Assembly (NCBI GenBank): GCA_963726455.1 | Contig: CAVSCK010000003.1 | Span: forward strand, 192,001 to 256,000 | Origin: an uncultured bacterium | GTDB lineage: Bacteria; Zixibacteria; MSB-5A5; CAIYYT01 | DNA length: 64,000 nt | Direction: 5' to 3' | Shown: positions 17,330 to 27,742 of the stretch, piece by piece | How the letters are laid out: the number at the start of each line of letters is the position of its first letter | How positions within the stretch are numbered: position 1 is the first letter of the stretch | Notes under the pieces: generated by a model | Database searches by the model: none | What the model was told of the DNA's origin: nothing | What the model saw: only the letters and a program-made list of their open reading frames with translations | Position numbers and translations under genes: made by a program

Positions 17330-18310
17330 ATGATGTCCCGATCGCTCACTTTGCTCCTGGTCTTGTTAGTCACACTCATTGTTGTTCAGCCGGCAGCCGG
17401 CCAGTTCGAAAAAGAGGCCGGCAAGCTGTTGTTCCATAATGCTCTTTATCCTGCTCCTGCCGGACCGGGCAAGGTGGCGTTCCTGCGCGTAGATCCTAAA
17501 ATACCTGATTCGCCTCTGGAATTGTACGTCGGCGACATGAAAACTCTTGCGGAAACAAGGGTATTGCCGGGAATCAACTTCTCGGACTTGCCGGCGCCCG
17601 TATTCGCATGGTCCCCGGATGGAACAGAATTTCTTGTGCCACAGAAAGTCAAGGGGAATTGGGAGATATTCAAATTCAAAACGGGCGAGAAAACCGGCCA
17701 GCAGGTTGGGAGTCTGATCCAGTTCCGGGAGAACATCTCGCCGGAAGCCATGAAGACACAGCAACTTACCGATGACATGATCCTCGCCATCGGCGAAATG
17801 GCTTATTCCCCGTCCGGCAAGTTCGTCATATTCACACTCAACCGTCCTGGCAAAACAGCCGTGTTCTGGATGGATCTTCAGACCGGCAAGGTCAGACAAG
17901 CCACCGAAAGCCAAATCGGCTACAACGGGAGCTTCGCTCCGGACGATGACCATTTCTCTTATTGCGCCATTGTTCGCAAACAAGGCATGAATACTGACGA
18001 GGACATCATCCTGCGATCCATAAAGACAGGCGCCACAGACACGCTGCTTCACACGACGGCCATGGAATCTGAAGGGTCAATATCCCCTGACGGCAAGTTT
18101 CTGGTCTACCGTGTCACTGGCTCGAAGGGCGAGAACAATCTCTGGATCATGAATCTCGCCACCAAGGAATCACGCCAATTCACGACCATCACCGTTGGCA
18201 AGAACTGCGTGATGCCCCACTGGACTTCTGATGGACGACAAATTGTTTATCAGGGCTCAGGGTTCGCTCCGCAGCCGGGCGTTCTGGTTAAGGATTTCGT
18301 GCCTTTCTAA
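17330..18310 (+). CDS. Periplasmic TolB-like beta-propeller (PD40 repeats)
   Basis: Signal peptide; repeats WSPDG, YSPSG, FAPDD, ISPDG, WTSDG. Confidence 0.88.
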   Translation: MMSRSLTLLLVLLVTLIVVQPAAGQFEKEAGKLLFHNALYPAPAGPGKVAFLRVDPKIPDSPLELYVGDMKTLAETRVLPGINFSDLPAPVFAWSPDGTEFLVPQKVKGNWEIFKFKTGEKTGQQVGSLIQFRENISPEAMKTQQLTDDMILAIGEMAYSPSGKFVIFTLNRPGKTAVFWMDLQTGKVRQATESQIGYNGSFAPDDDHFSYCAIVRKQGMNTDEDIILRSIKTGATDTLLHTTAMESEGSISPDGKFLVYRVTGSKGENNLWIMNLATKESRQFTTITVGKNCVMPHWTSDGRQIVYQGSGFAPQPGVLVKDFVPF

Positions 18311-18344
18311 CTATCGCTATTCTCGAACGTACAGATATTCTGGC

Positions 18345-18374
18345 AAACGCCGTTCAATCACTTGAACGGCGTTT
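18345..18374 (+). terminator. Terminator-like hairpin
   Basis: AAACGCCGTTCAA-tcac-TTGAACGGCGTTT, a perfect 13-bp stem. Confidence 0.75.
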
Positions 18375-18488
18375 CGGTATGCCATTTCTTCCAGGTGTTT
18401 TTGTTGACTTTAGTCGACCGATGGCTTACCTGTATCTTCGTTAAAATCTAGTGATTCAGGCGCAGTCTTTTCGATTGTGGAGGATTCA

Positions 18489-19130
18489 ATGCAAAATCTG
18501 GGGAGATCGTTCAGTTATATGTTCGAGGATCAGGAGTGGGTGCAGAAGATGCTCATCGGGGCGCTCTTCCTGCTCCTCTGTCTTGTCCTGATCGGGATTC
18601 CATTCGTCATCGGCTATTTCCTTCTGGTAGCCAAGCAGAGTTCCGAAGGCAAGGAATTACCGCTGCCTTCATGGGACGCCCTGGGAGACAAATTCGTCGC
18701 GGGACTGATATTCATTGCGGTCATGATTCTCTATGCCATACCGCTCGCCATACTTTATTTCATTCTGATATTCATACCGTGCATCGGTTGGCTGGCCATC
18801 TTCGTGATTGGCTTCTCGTACTCACTGATCTTTCCTTACATCTTCGTTCGCTTTGCTCGAACCAACCAGATCGGAGATGCTTTCGATTTGAGTGGCATGT
18901 GGAACTTCCTCAAAGCGAACCTTGGCAACCTGCTGATCGTTTGGCTGATGTCCATTGTTTTCGGCATCCTGGGCTATTTCGGTATTATCGCGCTGGTCAT
19001 CGGTATACTCTTCACGTTCTTCTGGGCGTGTCTTGGAAGATTCTACTTGTATGGTCAAGTAGTTTATGAAGCCGAGCGAAACCGGCCGGTTGTTGCTTCC
19101 GGTCCTACGGGAGGCGCGAGCGGCGTCTAG
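18489..19130 (+). CDS. DUF4013 membrane protein
   Basis: SFSYMFEDQEWVQKMLIG..GY..LPSW pattern; multiple TMs; GGAGGA RBS. Confidence 0.85.
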   Translation: MQNLGRSFSYMFEDQEWVQKMLIGALFLLLCLVLIGIPFVIGYFLLVAKQSSEGKELPLPSWDALGDKFVAGLIFIAVMILYAIPLAILYFILIFIPCIGWLAIFVIGFSYSLIFPYIFVRFARTNQIGDAFDLSGMWNFLKANLGNLLIVWLMSIVFGILGYFGIIALVIGILFTFFWACLGRFYLYGQVVYEAERNRPVVASGPTGGASGV

Positions 19131-19575
19131 GACTTCATACCTGATTATTGTTTGGGGGTGGGTAAGTCTGGCTGGACTCTATTTTGCGGTCGGCATTTCC
19201 CCACCCCTTCTTACTGGTCTCGGTCTGACACATCTATCCAACAGCGTAGCCACCCTGTACAGCCATACTTGTCATCAGTTGCCTGACCGGTCTTTCGCAG
19301 TTAACAGCATCCAGATGGCTTTCTGCAGCCGTTGCACCGGATTCTACGGTGCGCTGTTTCTGGCGGCAATTTCCGCGGCCATCTTCAAGAAGATTCGCCC
19401 TGTCAGTCTGAAACTTGCTCTTATGCTGATCTTGCCGGCAGTTGCTGATTTCCTCTTCGATATAGCACCTCTCACCGGCAATGCGAACCCGCTACGGCTG
19501 CTATCTGGCATCCTGGCCGGCACAGGCATCACTCTCTACATTTTGCCGCGACTCTTGCTGGCGGTTCGCCGATAA
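19066..19575 (+). CDS. DUF2085 membrane protein
   Basis: CHQLPDRSF..CSRCTGFY..N.LRLLSG. Confidence 0.88.
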   Translation: MKPSETGRLLLPVLREARAASRTSYLIIVWGWVSLAGLYFAVGISPPLLTGLGLTHLSNSVATLYSHTCHQLPDRSFAVNSIQMAFCSRCTGFYGALFLAAISAAIFKKIRPVSLKLALMLILPAVADFLFDIAPLTGNANPLRLLSGILAGTGITLYILPRLLLAVRR

Positions 19576-19650
19576 GAACTTGCCGACGGCGCCAATTCCC
19601 CATAGATTGCAGTCGAGATACACAGTCTTCCTCGTATTGGGTGGTAGTGA

Positions 19651-21379
19651 ATGCTTACTCTTACTAGACTGACACTGAAAAACTTCGCGGTCGTCTCGGA
19701 GACCGAGATAGAATTTGACCGCGGACTAAGCGTGATCACCGGCGAGACTGGCACCGGCAAGTCGCTCATCGTCGGCGCCATTAGTTTGCTCGTTGGCGAG
19801 CGTGGACGGGCAGAGTATGTTCGTGCCGGAGCCGATCATGCCACAATCGAGGGCGAATTCAAGGGCGACATTACCCTCCTCGGCGAAGCCCTGAAAGAGG
19901 AAGAAATCAGTCTCGACGGAGATCAGGTCGTGCTCACCCGCGAGTTGTATACTGATGGTCGAAATCGTTGTCTTATCAATGACCAGCGCGTCAATCTGTC
20001 GGCGCTCAAAAAGATTGGGGATTTGATTTGCGATCTGCACGGCCAGCACCAGCATCAATGGTTGCTCGATGCCGACCGGCACCTCTGGTTCCTCGACCGC
20101 TTCGGTCAATGCGGCCATGCCCTCGGACTGTACCTGGAATCATTTCGGGAATACAGAAACGTCAAGTCCCGAATAGCGGCGCTCGAAAAGCAGATCAATG
20201 AAGCCCGCGAGAAGCAGGAACTTCATCAATTCCAGATCAACGAAATCAACTCGATCGCCCCCGTTATCAGCGAGGAGGAGACTCTCGAGACAGAGCGACG
20301 CCAACTCGAAAACATCTCACGCATCAGAGACGGACTGCAAAACGCCCTTTCGTGCCTTGAAGATGACGGCGCTGCGGTCTCGCTGACATCCGATGCTCTC
20401 AAACAATTGCACACCATCGCGGCCAACTTCCCTCCTGCCGGGGATGCCGTTACCGAACTCGAATCGGCACGCATCAGTTTGTCCGAGACTGCGCGAACCC
20501 TGGAAGTGCATCTCAACCATCTGGCAGAGAATCCTGCCCGATTAGAGGAAATCGGTGAGCGGCTGGCTCAAATTTACCAACTCAAACGCAAGTATGGCGG
20601 CTCTATCGAAGCCGTTCTGATGTACCGCGATTCGCTTTCTGCTGATGTCAAGAATATCGATACCGCGGCTCTCGACTTGCGTGACCTCAACAAAAGAATT
20701 GACGAACTCCGCGTCGAGTTGATCGGCAGGGCGCTCAATCTGCAAAATGAACGTGAATCCGCCGCCAGGAAACTCTCCGCCGCCATGCGCAAGGAATTGG
20801 TCAAACTCGGTCTGCCAAGGCGCAATTCGAGGTGTTATTCTCTGACAACCAGTCCGGAGAGACCGTCCAGCACGACGAACGCGAGTATCAATTGACGGAC
20901 AACGGCGCGCAAGACCGGCCAATTTCTTTTCAATGCCAATGTCGGCGAAGAACTCAAACCACTCGACAAAGTCGCCTCCGGAGGCGAAATCAGCCGCGTC
21001 ATGCTGGCTCTCAAATCATTGATTGCCGGTAACGACCGCGTCGATCTTACTGGTCTTCGACGAAATCGACTCCGGCATCGGCGGCGAAACGGCATTGCTG
21101 GTCGGGCGGAAACTGAAAGAGCTATCGGCCAAACAGCAGTTGATCGTAATTACCCATCTTGCAGCAGATCGCTTCATTTGCTGATCATCACTACAAAGCC
21201 GTCAAGAAAGAAAAGTGCCAAGCGCACTGAGTCAGAAATCATGCCGCTTGACTCACGATGAACGAATTGTCGAACTGGGCCGGATGATTTCCGGCGGCGC
21301 ATTCGGCGAGGAAGAGCGACGCCAGGTCGAGAAACTTCTGCGGGACGCCGGCCAAAAAGTTTCAGTTGACAAATCCTGA
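19651..21379 (+). CDS. recN: DNA repair protein RecN (several indels in the 3' third, probably assembly errors)
   Basis: [19 protein letters not shown]. Across shifted frames: [33 protein letters not shown]. Stop at 21377-21379. Confidence 0.9.
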
Positions 21380-21394
21380 CACCCGCGATATATT
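21366..21394 (+). promoter_or_regulatory. Sigma70 promoter of tRNA-Ala (TTGACA-N17-TATATT)
   Basis: Consensus -35, 17-nt spacer, 12 nt before the tRNA. Confidence 0.75.
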
Positions 21395-21406
21395 GGCGAC
21401 ACCTCT

Positions 21407-21482
21407 GGGGCCGTAGTTCAGTTGGGAGAACGCTTGACTGGCAGTCAAGAGGTCAGGGGTTCAACTCCCCTCGGCTCCACCA
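21407..21482 (+). tRNA. tRNA-Ala(GGC)
   Basis: GGGGCCG..CGGCTCC-A-CCA with G3:U70; anticodon arm CTTGA-CTGGCAG-TCAAG. Confidence 0.97.
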
Positions 21483-21584
21483 AATTCCCGAAAATATCCC
21501 GGAACCTGTCTGCGTAAGTGATTAATGGCATTGGGATTACGGAGCGAGAAAAAATCTCTTGTATCGCCCAACTTCCCTGACATA

Positions 21585-21613
21585 TTTTGCGTACCAAACT
21601 TTTGTATACAAAA
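21585..21613. promoter_or_regulatory. Tandem MarR operator
   Basis: Perfect palindrome TTTTGTATACAAAA (21600-21613) preceded by an imperfect copy TTTTGCGTACCAAA (21585-21598), just upstream of marR. Confidence 0.7.
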
Positions 21614-21631
21614 TAATCAGGTTCGAGGAAG

Positions 21632-22124
21632 ATGAGTAGCAAAGTACAACGAAAAGAAGAAATCAGTCGCATCGTTAATTCGGTTCGGCTCATTCGCAAT
21701 GCGCTCAATTGCTACTCCAAAGAACTCATGCGGACTGTTGGCCTGAGCGGCCCTCAGTTGGGTGTCTTGATCCCTGGTCGAGCGCTACCCTCATGCTTCG
21801 CTCGGAGAGATCAGTGAAAGAATGTACCTCCACACCAGCACGATCTCTGGAATCGTAGATCGACTGGAGTCTGCCGGATATCTCGTGCGGCATCGCAGCG
21901 ACGAAGACCGGCGGGTGGTGCGGCTGCAGTTGACGGACAAGGGCAAGAAGACGATTTCGCAGGCGCCCAAATCGGGATTCGGCACGATGGTTCAAGAACT
22001 CGAAAAACTGCCCGATCAGGAGCTACAAAGTATTAGAACGTCGCTGCAGACACTGTCGCGCATGATGCGGATTGAGGACAGTGTATACGCAGTCGCTGAC
22101 AACGACGTCGAAGCCGGCGACTAG
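21632..22124 (+). CDS. MarR-family regulator (one extra C near 21772)
   Basis: GLSGPQLGVL joins SLGEISERMYLHTSTISGIVDRLE..DRRVVRLQLT after removing one base. Confidence 0.88.
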
Positions 22125-22181
22125 CAATGAATCGAAGACATCGCCTGTCATACCACGACAGAATCTGAATAAGGAAGGACA

Positions 22182-23105
22182 ATGGCCGGTCAATTAATTC
22201 GTAAGAAACGTTTCTTGATCCCCGTGGCTTTGGTGTTGCTTGCCGCGGCGCTCACTGTTGGATACTGGTTCTATTTCCTGCGTGGTTACATCGCCACTGA
22301 TGACGCTTTCGTCGACAGCGATCCCGCATCCATCAGTTCCAAAGTTTCTGGAAGAATAACCCAACTCACCGTGGATGAAGGCGACACCGTCTCACAGGGT
22401 GACACGCTGGTACAGATGGATGACAGCGATTTGCGGTCGCAGGAAGCTCAGGCACAGGCGGGACTTGAGTACGCCCATCAATCGGTGGCGCTGGCTGAAG
22501 TAAACATCCAGAAAGCGCAGGAGGATTTCGACCGCGCATCGACGCAATTCAAACAAAGCATAATTCCACAGGAACAATACGACCACGCCAAGCGCGCGCT
22601 CGATCTGGCGCGCGCCCAGAAGAACGTCGCACTGGCGCAGGTCAATAACTCCGAGGCACAGCTTAACGTCATTCTCACTCAACTACAGAACACGAAGGTT
22701 CTCTCACCCATGTCGGGAGTGATTGCGCGCAAATGGGTCATGCCCGGCGAAATCGTACAACCCGGGCAGCCGATCTTCACGGTCTACGACTTGCAAAATC
22801 TCTGGGTGACGGCCTATTTCGAGGAGACTAAACTGAGTGCCATCCGTCTGAATGACCGCACCGAAGTCTCTGTCGACGCATTTCCCGGACAAACATTCTC
22901 CGGCAAGGTCGTACTTATCGGCGCCGCAGCGGCCTCGCAATTCTCTCTGATTCCACCCAACAATGCCTCCGGCAATTTCACGAAGGTCACTCAACGCGTC
23001 CCGGTCCGGATCTCGATCACCGATCCGCCTTCATCGGGCGGACAGCCGGTCTATCGGCTGCTGCCGGGAATGTCCGTGGAAGTTAAGATCGCGGTTAAGT
23101 CGTAG
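22182..23105 (+). CDS. emrA: EmrA/HlyD membrane fusion protein
   Basis: TDDAFV, lipoyl/barrel-sandwich motifs, FSLIPPNNASGNFTKVTQRVPV. Confidence 0.93.
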   Translation: MAGQLIRKKRFLIPVALVLLAAALTVGYWFYFLRGYIATDDAFVDSDPASISSKVSGRITQLTVDEGDTVSQGDTLVQMDDSDLRSQEAQAQAGLEYAHQSVALAEVNIQKAQEDFDRASTQFKQSIIPQEQYDHAKRALDLARAQKNVALAQVNNSEAQLNVILTQLQNTKVLSPMSGVIARKWVMPGEIVQPGQPIFTVYDLQNLWVTAYFEETKLSAIRLNDRTEVSVDAFPGQTFSGKVVLIGAAAASQFSLIPPNNASGNFTKVTQRVPVRISITDPPSSGGQPVYRLLPGMSVEVKIAVKS

Positions 23106-23114
23106 GAGCTGTCG

Positions 23115-24752
23115 GTGCGAGCAAGTTTTGCCAAATTCCGCCAGGAACTCGTTGACCAATATGATGCGCTGAACCCGGAACATCCGACCTATCGGTGGCT
23201 GGTACTTGCGAGCGTCATGATCGCCACCTTTATGGCGGTGCTGGACGCCACTATTATCAACGTCGCCCTGCCAAAGCTAATGGCCTCTTTTGGAGTGTCT
23301 GTCGATCAGGGCGAATGGGTATTGACCGCGTACTTGCTCGTGTTCGCTGTGGTGTTGCCGTCCTCCGGCTGGTTTGCCGATCATCTCGGCTACAAACGGA
23401 TGTTTCTGGCAGGGCTGTTGCTCTTCATCGTGGGATCTTTTCTGTGCAGCATCTCGTGGAGTCTTGATATACTGATCCTGTTCCGGGTCGTGCAGGGCGT
23501 CGGCGCCGGATTTCTGATGCCCATCGGCATGGCGATTATCACGCGCGAGTTCCCTCCCGAAAAACGAGGTATCGCTCTCGGTTTCTGGACGATGTCCGCG
23601 TCCGCCTCAGTCTCGCTCGGCCCGTCGATCGGTGGCTATCTGGTCGACAACTATTCCTGGCACACGATCTTTGATGTCAACATACCGATCGGTATTGTCG
23701 GATTGCTGGTTCTCTTGATAGTTCTGCGCGAGTACAAGTCCGAAAAGATTCGCTCGTTCGATCTTATCGGTTTCCTGTCACTGGCCGTCGGCTTGACCTC
23801 ACTGCTTCTGGCGCTCGCCAACGGCAACAGTGCCTGGAACACCGGTGGCTGGACTTCCTCCTACATTCTCAGTTGCTTCGGAATCGCCGCTATCGGACTA
23901 ACTGTGTTCCTGATTGCAGAACTTACGGTCGAGCATCCGCTGATCGAATTGGTATTGCTCAAGAACTTCAACTTTGCCGTCAGCAATCTGGTGTCATTCC
24001 TGTTTGGCCTCGGTATGTTCGGCAGCACATTCTTGCTGCCTATTTACCTTCAGGATGTTCTCGGATATACCCCCCTGCAGTCAGGTTTGGTGTTCCTGCC
24101 TGTCGGTATACTGCAGGGAATCTCGGCCCCATTTGCGGGCATCTATGCCGACCGGCGTAACGCGAAAGTGCCGGTAATTCTCGGCCTGCTACTCATGGCA
24201 GCTTCTTTCTACCAGTACGGATTTCTGTCTCTTTACACGGAGAAATCGGCGATCATGCTTCCGCTGTATTTGCGCGGCATCGCCATGGGTGTTCTGTTCG
24301 CGCCGCTAACGGCCATCGCAATCTCGGCAATTCCAAACACCAAGATGGCGCAGGCATCCGGCCTTCTTAACGTCATCCGCCAAATCGGCGGCAGTGTCGG
24401 AGTTGCGCTGCTGGGCTCAGTCATGGTTCGGCGAACCATCTTTCACAGCGCCAATTACGGCCAGCAGTTGAATGCACAGTCTGACACTTACCGGGAGACA
24501 ATGTACCGGCTCCAGCATTTCGCAATGCATTCTACCGGCGGCAGCACCGCTGATGCGACAGCCAAAGCTCACTCGCTCCTGGGCGTCTGGGTACACAACC
24601 AGGCATTTGTTCAAGCCATTGACGATGTCTTCCTGTTGGTGGGCACAATTATTCTTGTAAGTGTATTTCCCGTGCTGTTCCTGCGGGTTAAGAATAAGAA
24701 GAAAAATCGCGAACCCGTCCAACCCAAGGGGACTCCCGTGGAGATCGGATAA
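23115..24752 (+). CDS. emrB: EmrB/QacA DHA2 MFS efflux permease
   Basis: MAVLDATIINVALP, WVLTAYL, RVVQGVGAG, GPSIGG; 14-TM pattern. Confidence 0.93.
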   Translation: MRASFAKFRQELVDQYDALNPEHPTYRWLVLASVMIATFMAVLDATIINVALPKLMASFGVSVDQGEWVLTAYLLVFAVVLPSSGWFADHLGYKRMFLAGLLLFIVGSFLCSISWSLDILILFRVVQGVGAGFLMPIGMAIITREFPPEKRGIALGFWTMSASASVSLGPSIGGYLVDNYSWHTIFDVNIPIGIVGLLVLLIVLREYKSEKIRSFDLIGFLSLAVGLTSLLLALANGNSAWNTGGWTSSYILSCFGIAAIGLTVFLIAELTVEHPLIELVLLKNFNFAVSNLVSFLFGLGMFGSTFLLPIYLQDVLGYTPLQSGLVFLPVGILQGISAPFAGIYADRRNAKVPVILGLLLMAASFYQYGFLSLYTEKSAIMLPLYLRGIAMGVLFAPLTAIAISAIPNTKMAQASGLLNVIRQIGGSVGVALLGSVMVRRTIFHSANYGQQLNAQSDTYRETMYRLQHFAMHSTGGSTADATAKAHSLLGVWVHNQAFVQAIDDVFLLVGTIILVSVFPVLFLRVKNKKKNREPVQPKGTPVEIG

Positions 24753-24758
24753 CTCACT

Positions 24759-26075
24759 ATGACTAATTTAATGCGCGCTACAATTGTACTCCTGCTCGGA
24801 TTGCTCGCTAGTTCCACAGTCCTGGCCCAGCCGCCGACAAACGACACACTTAATCTGGAGCAGGCAATTCAACTTGCCGTCAGCAACCATCCATTGGTGG
24901 AACGCGCCCGCCAAAACATCAAAGTCTCCCAGGCGCAGGTCGGGCTGGCCAACAGCAATTACTATCCCGATATTTCCGGTGACGCCAACTACACGCGCAT
25001 TGGCCCGGTCTCGAAGATCACTATACCTGAGCTCGGCAACTTCGAATTGTTTCCGGCGAACAACTGGGATATCCATGTCGGAATCAATCAGACTCTTTAC
25101 GACTTTGGTCGCCGGTCAACCGGCGTCGATTTTGCAGAAGCGAATCTCAAAACCACAACCGACAGTCTTGACTTCGTGAAATGGAATCTCGCTTACCAGA
25201 CTGCCTCGACATTCTATTTGATTCTGATCCTGCATCAAAATATCGCAGTGCTGGATGAGCAGATCGCGGCGCTTAATGAGCATCTGGATATCAGCCAGAA
25301 ACGATTCCAGACCGGCAGCGCCACCAAGCTTGACATTCTCACCACGGAGGTGCGGGTCGCGTCAGCCAACAGCAACCGCATCGACGCCGTCAATGCGCTG
25401 AAGACGCAGGAAATCAACCTTCGGCAACTTATCGGCTACCCGCCCGATAAGCCGATTGATCTCCTGGGTGATTTCGTCATCACGCCCGTCACATTGAAAT
25501 CCGACTCGCTTCTGGCGGCTGCCATGTCACAGCGAATGGAAATCAGGACGTTCGAGGACGCCGAGAAGAGCGCCTCACTCCAGGTGAAATTGGCAGGGCT
25601 CTCCGACAAACCAACTCTGTCCGTTGGCTTGATATCCGGCCTGAAAAACGGCTATATCCCCAATCTCAACCAACTTAAGGCCAATTATGTCGCCACAGTT
25701 AACCTGCAAATGTCTCTTTTCGATGGTTTCCGCACACGCCACAACAAAGAAATGGCTGATGCACGCCTGCTGGGGGCGGAGGCGCGCACCGGAGATGCCA
25801 AACGGCGCATTACGGCCGAGGTCGAGCAGGCCATCTCAGGAACTCAGGCCAGTCTTAACAAGATCAATAATGCCGAGGTACAGGTTAAGCGCGCCGAGGA
25901 AGCGCTCGCCATGGCCCAGGCGCAATACAACGCCGGCGTCGTGACCAATCTCGACCTGCTCGATGCCCAGACCTCGCTTTCCGAAGCCCGCCTGGTCTAC
26001 CTGCGCGCCAAGTACGACTACGTCAACAATCTCAACACGCTTGACCGCGCCACGGGAAGGAAAATCTGGGAGTGA
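24759..26075 (+). CDS. TolC-family outer membrane efflux protein
   Basis: Signal peptide, LNLEQAIQLA..NHP, two OEP repeats, YNAGVVTNLDLLDAQ. Confidence 0.93.
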   Translation: MTNLMRATIVLLLGLLASSTVLAQPPTNDTLNLEQAIQLAVSNHPLVERARQNIKVSQAQVGLANSNYYPDISGDANYTRIGPVSKITIPELGNFELFPANNWDIHVGINQTLYDFGRRSTGVDFAEANLKTTTDSLDFVKWNLAYQTASTFYLILILHQNIAVLDEQIAALNEHLDISQKRFQTGSATKLDILTTEVRVASANSNRIDAVNALKTQEINLRQLIGYPPDKPIDLLGDFVITPVTLKSDSLLAAAMSQRMEIRTFEDAEKSASLQVKLAGLSDKPTLSVGLISGLKNGYIPNLNQLKANYVATVNLQMSLFDGFRTRHNKEMADARLLGAEARTGDAKRRITAEVEQAISGTQASLNKINNAEVQVKRAEEALAMAQAQYNAGVVTNLDLLDAQTSLSEARLVYLRAKYDYVNNLNTLDRATGRKIWE

Positions 26076-26095
26076 TGGACCGTAAGCTCCAATCT

Positions 26096-26120
26096 CAAAC
26101 AACGTCAATTACATTTCGTT
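26096..26120 (+). promoter_or_regulatory. Putative ECF promoter CAAAC-N16-CGTT giving a leaderless SRAP mRNA
   Basis: Same architecture as 17136-17160; ATG 9 nt after the -10 element and no SD. Confidence 0.45.
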
Positions 26121-26129
26121 CAATCTAAC

Positions 26130-26801
26130 ATGTGCGGCAGATACACTCAATCGACCGAGCTTGAGCAACTCAAACTGCGGTTCGAAGTCGACGACATCGA
26201 GGCGCCGGTCCATCCCCGATTCAACATCGCCCCGACACAGGAGGCGGCCGTCATCGTCTGGGAAAATGGCCGTGTGCTCAAGCTCATGCGCTGGGGTTTG
26301 ATTCCGCGCTGGGCCAAAGATGAAAAGATCGGCGACAAGATGATTAACGCCCGCGCCGAGACAATCGCCGAGAAACGCAGCTTCAAGAACTTGCTGGCAA
26401 CGAGGCGCTGCCTCGTGGTCGCTGACGGTTTTTTCGAGTGGCGTGCCTCGGACACCGGCAAAAGCAAGACTCCGATTCGCATCGTGATGAAGAACCGCCA
26501 GCCGTTCGCGTTCGCAGGTCTGTGGGACAAATGGAAGCGCCCCGATGGCAAGGATATTCTGACCTTCACGATTATCACAACCGAGTCCAACGACATGATC
26601 AGGGAATTCCATCGACGCATGCCGGTAATACTTTCGCGCGACGACGAAGATGTCTGGCTGCAGAATCCGGGCGACGATCCGGAGGCGCTGCTGGCCCTGC
26701 TAAAACCCTATCCTGCCGGACAAATGGAACTGTACGAGGTCCCCAAGACCGTCAATTCCCCCCGCAACGACACGCCGGAATGCATCAAACCGATGCGCTA
26801 A
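26130..26801 (+). CDS. SOS response-associated peptidase (SRAP/HMCES/YedK)
   Basis: MCGRY N-terminus, RFNIAPTQ, WGLIP, INARAET, GFFEW, HRRMPVIL, VNSPRND. Confidence 0.96.
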   Translation: MCGRYTQSTELEQLKLRFEVDDIEAPVHPRFNIAPTQEAAVIVWENGRVLKLMRWGLIPRWAKDEKIGDKMINARAETIAEKRSFKNLLATRRCLVVADGFFEWRASDTGKSKTPIRIVMKNRQPFAFAGLWDKWKRPDGKDILTFTIITTESNDMIREFHRRMPVILSRDDEDVWLQNPGDDPEALLALLKPYPAGQMELYEVPKTVNSPRNDTPECIKPMR

Positions 26802-26874
26802 ATGGACTTTCGCTGCGTCAACTCTTGCCGGCACGCGCAGGGGCATGGTCTCCATGCCAATGCAACGTGGGACG

Positions 26875-26895
26875 CCACGGCTTGCTGTGGTTTTT
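26875..26895 (+). terminator. Probable terminator of the SRAP gene
   Basis: CCACGG-cttg-CTGTGG followed by T5. Confidence 0.55.
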
Positions 26896-26932
26896 CGTTT
26901 CGTCGGCCCTTGCTCAATCTGCCTGTAATTAA

Positions 26933-26943
26933 AATGGCGTCCC
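26933..26943. repeat. att core copy distal to the tRNA
   Basis: AATGGCGTCCC, identical to 31465-31475. Confidence 0.8.
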
Positions 26944-27202
26944 TTGTCACAGAGAATTGGAATCAAGTGGTTGCGGAGATAGTGGCGCTGTCGGACATAA
27001 CAAGAGAGGTTGCATGCTGTTAAGCGTGTTTCCGAATCGCTGTTCTTCCCGGACTTTTCCGAGCTACCAGTCTCTCCTGTCGTCTTTGCAGCCGTTTGTG
27101 CAGCTACGGATTAGCTGGCCAGACTACCTCCCCATTCCTACTGGCACCACTGAGTGTTACCTGGGACAGCAGTTTCGACTAAATGGGTGAAGCAGTTGGC
27201 AA

Positions 27203-27742
27203 ATGAACAGAAAGGCTGGCCGCAGGAATAAGTACGATACTCACGTCCTCCCTCGATTGGATGCCATTGTGCAGTGGCGAGCCAACGGACTCACGGAAGA
27301 GCAAGTCGCTGAGAATTTGGGAATTAGCTATCGGTCTCTCAATACTTACAAGCTTCAATTTCCGCAACTATTGCAAGCCCTAAACAGGGGCAAAGCCGAT
27401 GCAGACGCTCAGGTCGAAAATGCCCTGTTTAAGCGAGCTATCGGCTACGAGTACGAAACAACTGAGGCAAATCTATGCTTGGATCTCAACGGTCAACCTG
27501 AAGGCGGTCTTGTCACCAAGCGCAAAAACAAGCATGTTCCGCCACACGTGGGTGCGATAATATTCTATCTGAAGAACCGCTGCTCTCAGCACTGGTCGGA
27601 TCGTCTTACTCAAGAGTCGGCATCAAGATCGGAGCAGCCAGCCGCTCGGGTAGTTGTATATGTTCCTGCCACTGGGCGGGAAAGTCGCGAGACTGATTGC
27701 GAGGATGTCATAATCCGGCCCTCAGAGCTACACGGGGCTTAG
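27203..27742 (+). CDS. Phage small-terminase-like HTH protein
   Basis: GRRNKY, GLTEEQVAENLGIS HTH, ADAQVENALFKRAIGYEY, HVPPHVGAIIFYLKNR..W.DR. Confidence 0.75.
   Translation: MNRKAGRRNKYDTHVLPRLDAIVQWRANGLTEEQVAENLGISYRSLNTYKLQFPQLLQALNRGKADADAQVENALFKRAIGYEYETTEANLCLDLNGQPEGGLVTKRKNKHVPPHVGAIIFYLKNRCSQHWSDRLTQESASRSEQPAARVVVYVPATGRESRETDCEDVIIRPSELHGA

Noticed and set aside
20815-21379. recN as a true pseudogene
   Set aside because: All motifs are perfectly retained across frames; the dense indel cluster fits a low-quality read segment.
26869-26877. GGGACGCCA, an inverted copy of the att core
   Set aside because: Only 9 bp and it overlaps the SRAP terminator stem; could be chance.
21483-26932. 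MarR-EmrAB-TolC-SRAP block as an island integrated at tRNA-Ala
   Set aside because: No integrase and no duplicated tRNA-Ala 3' end found by eye.
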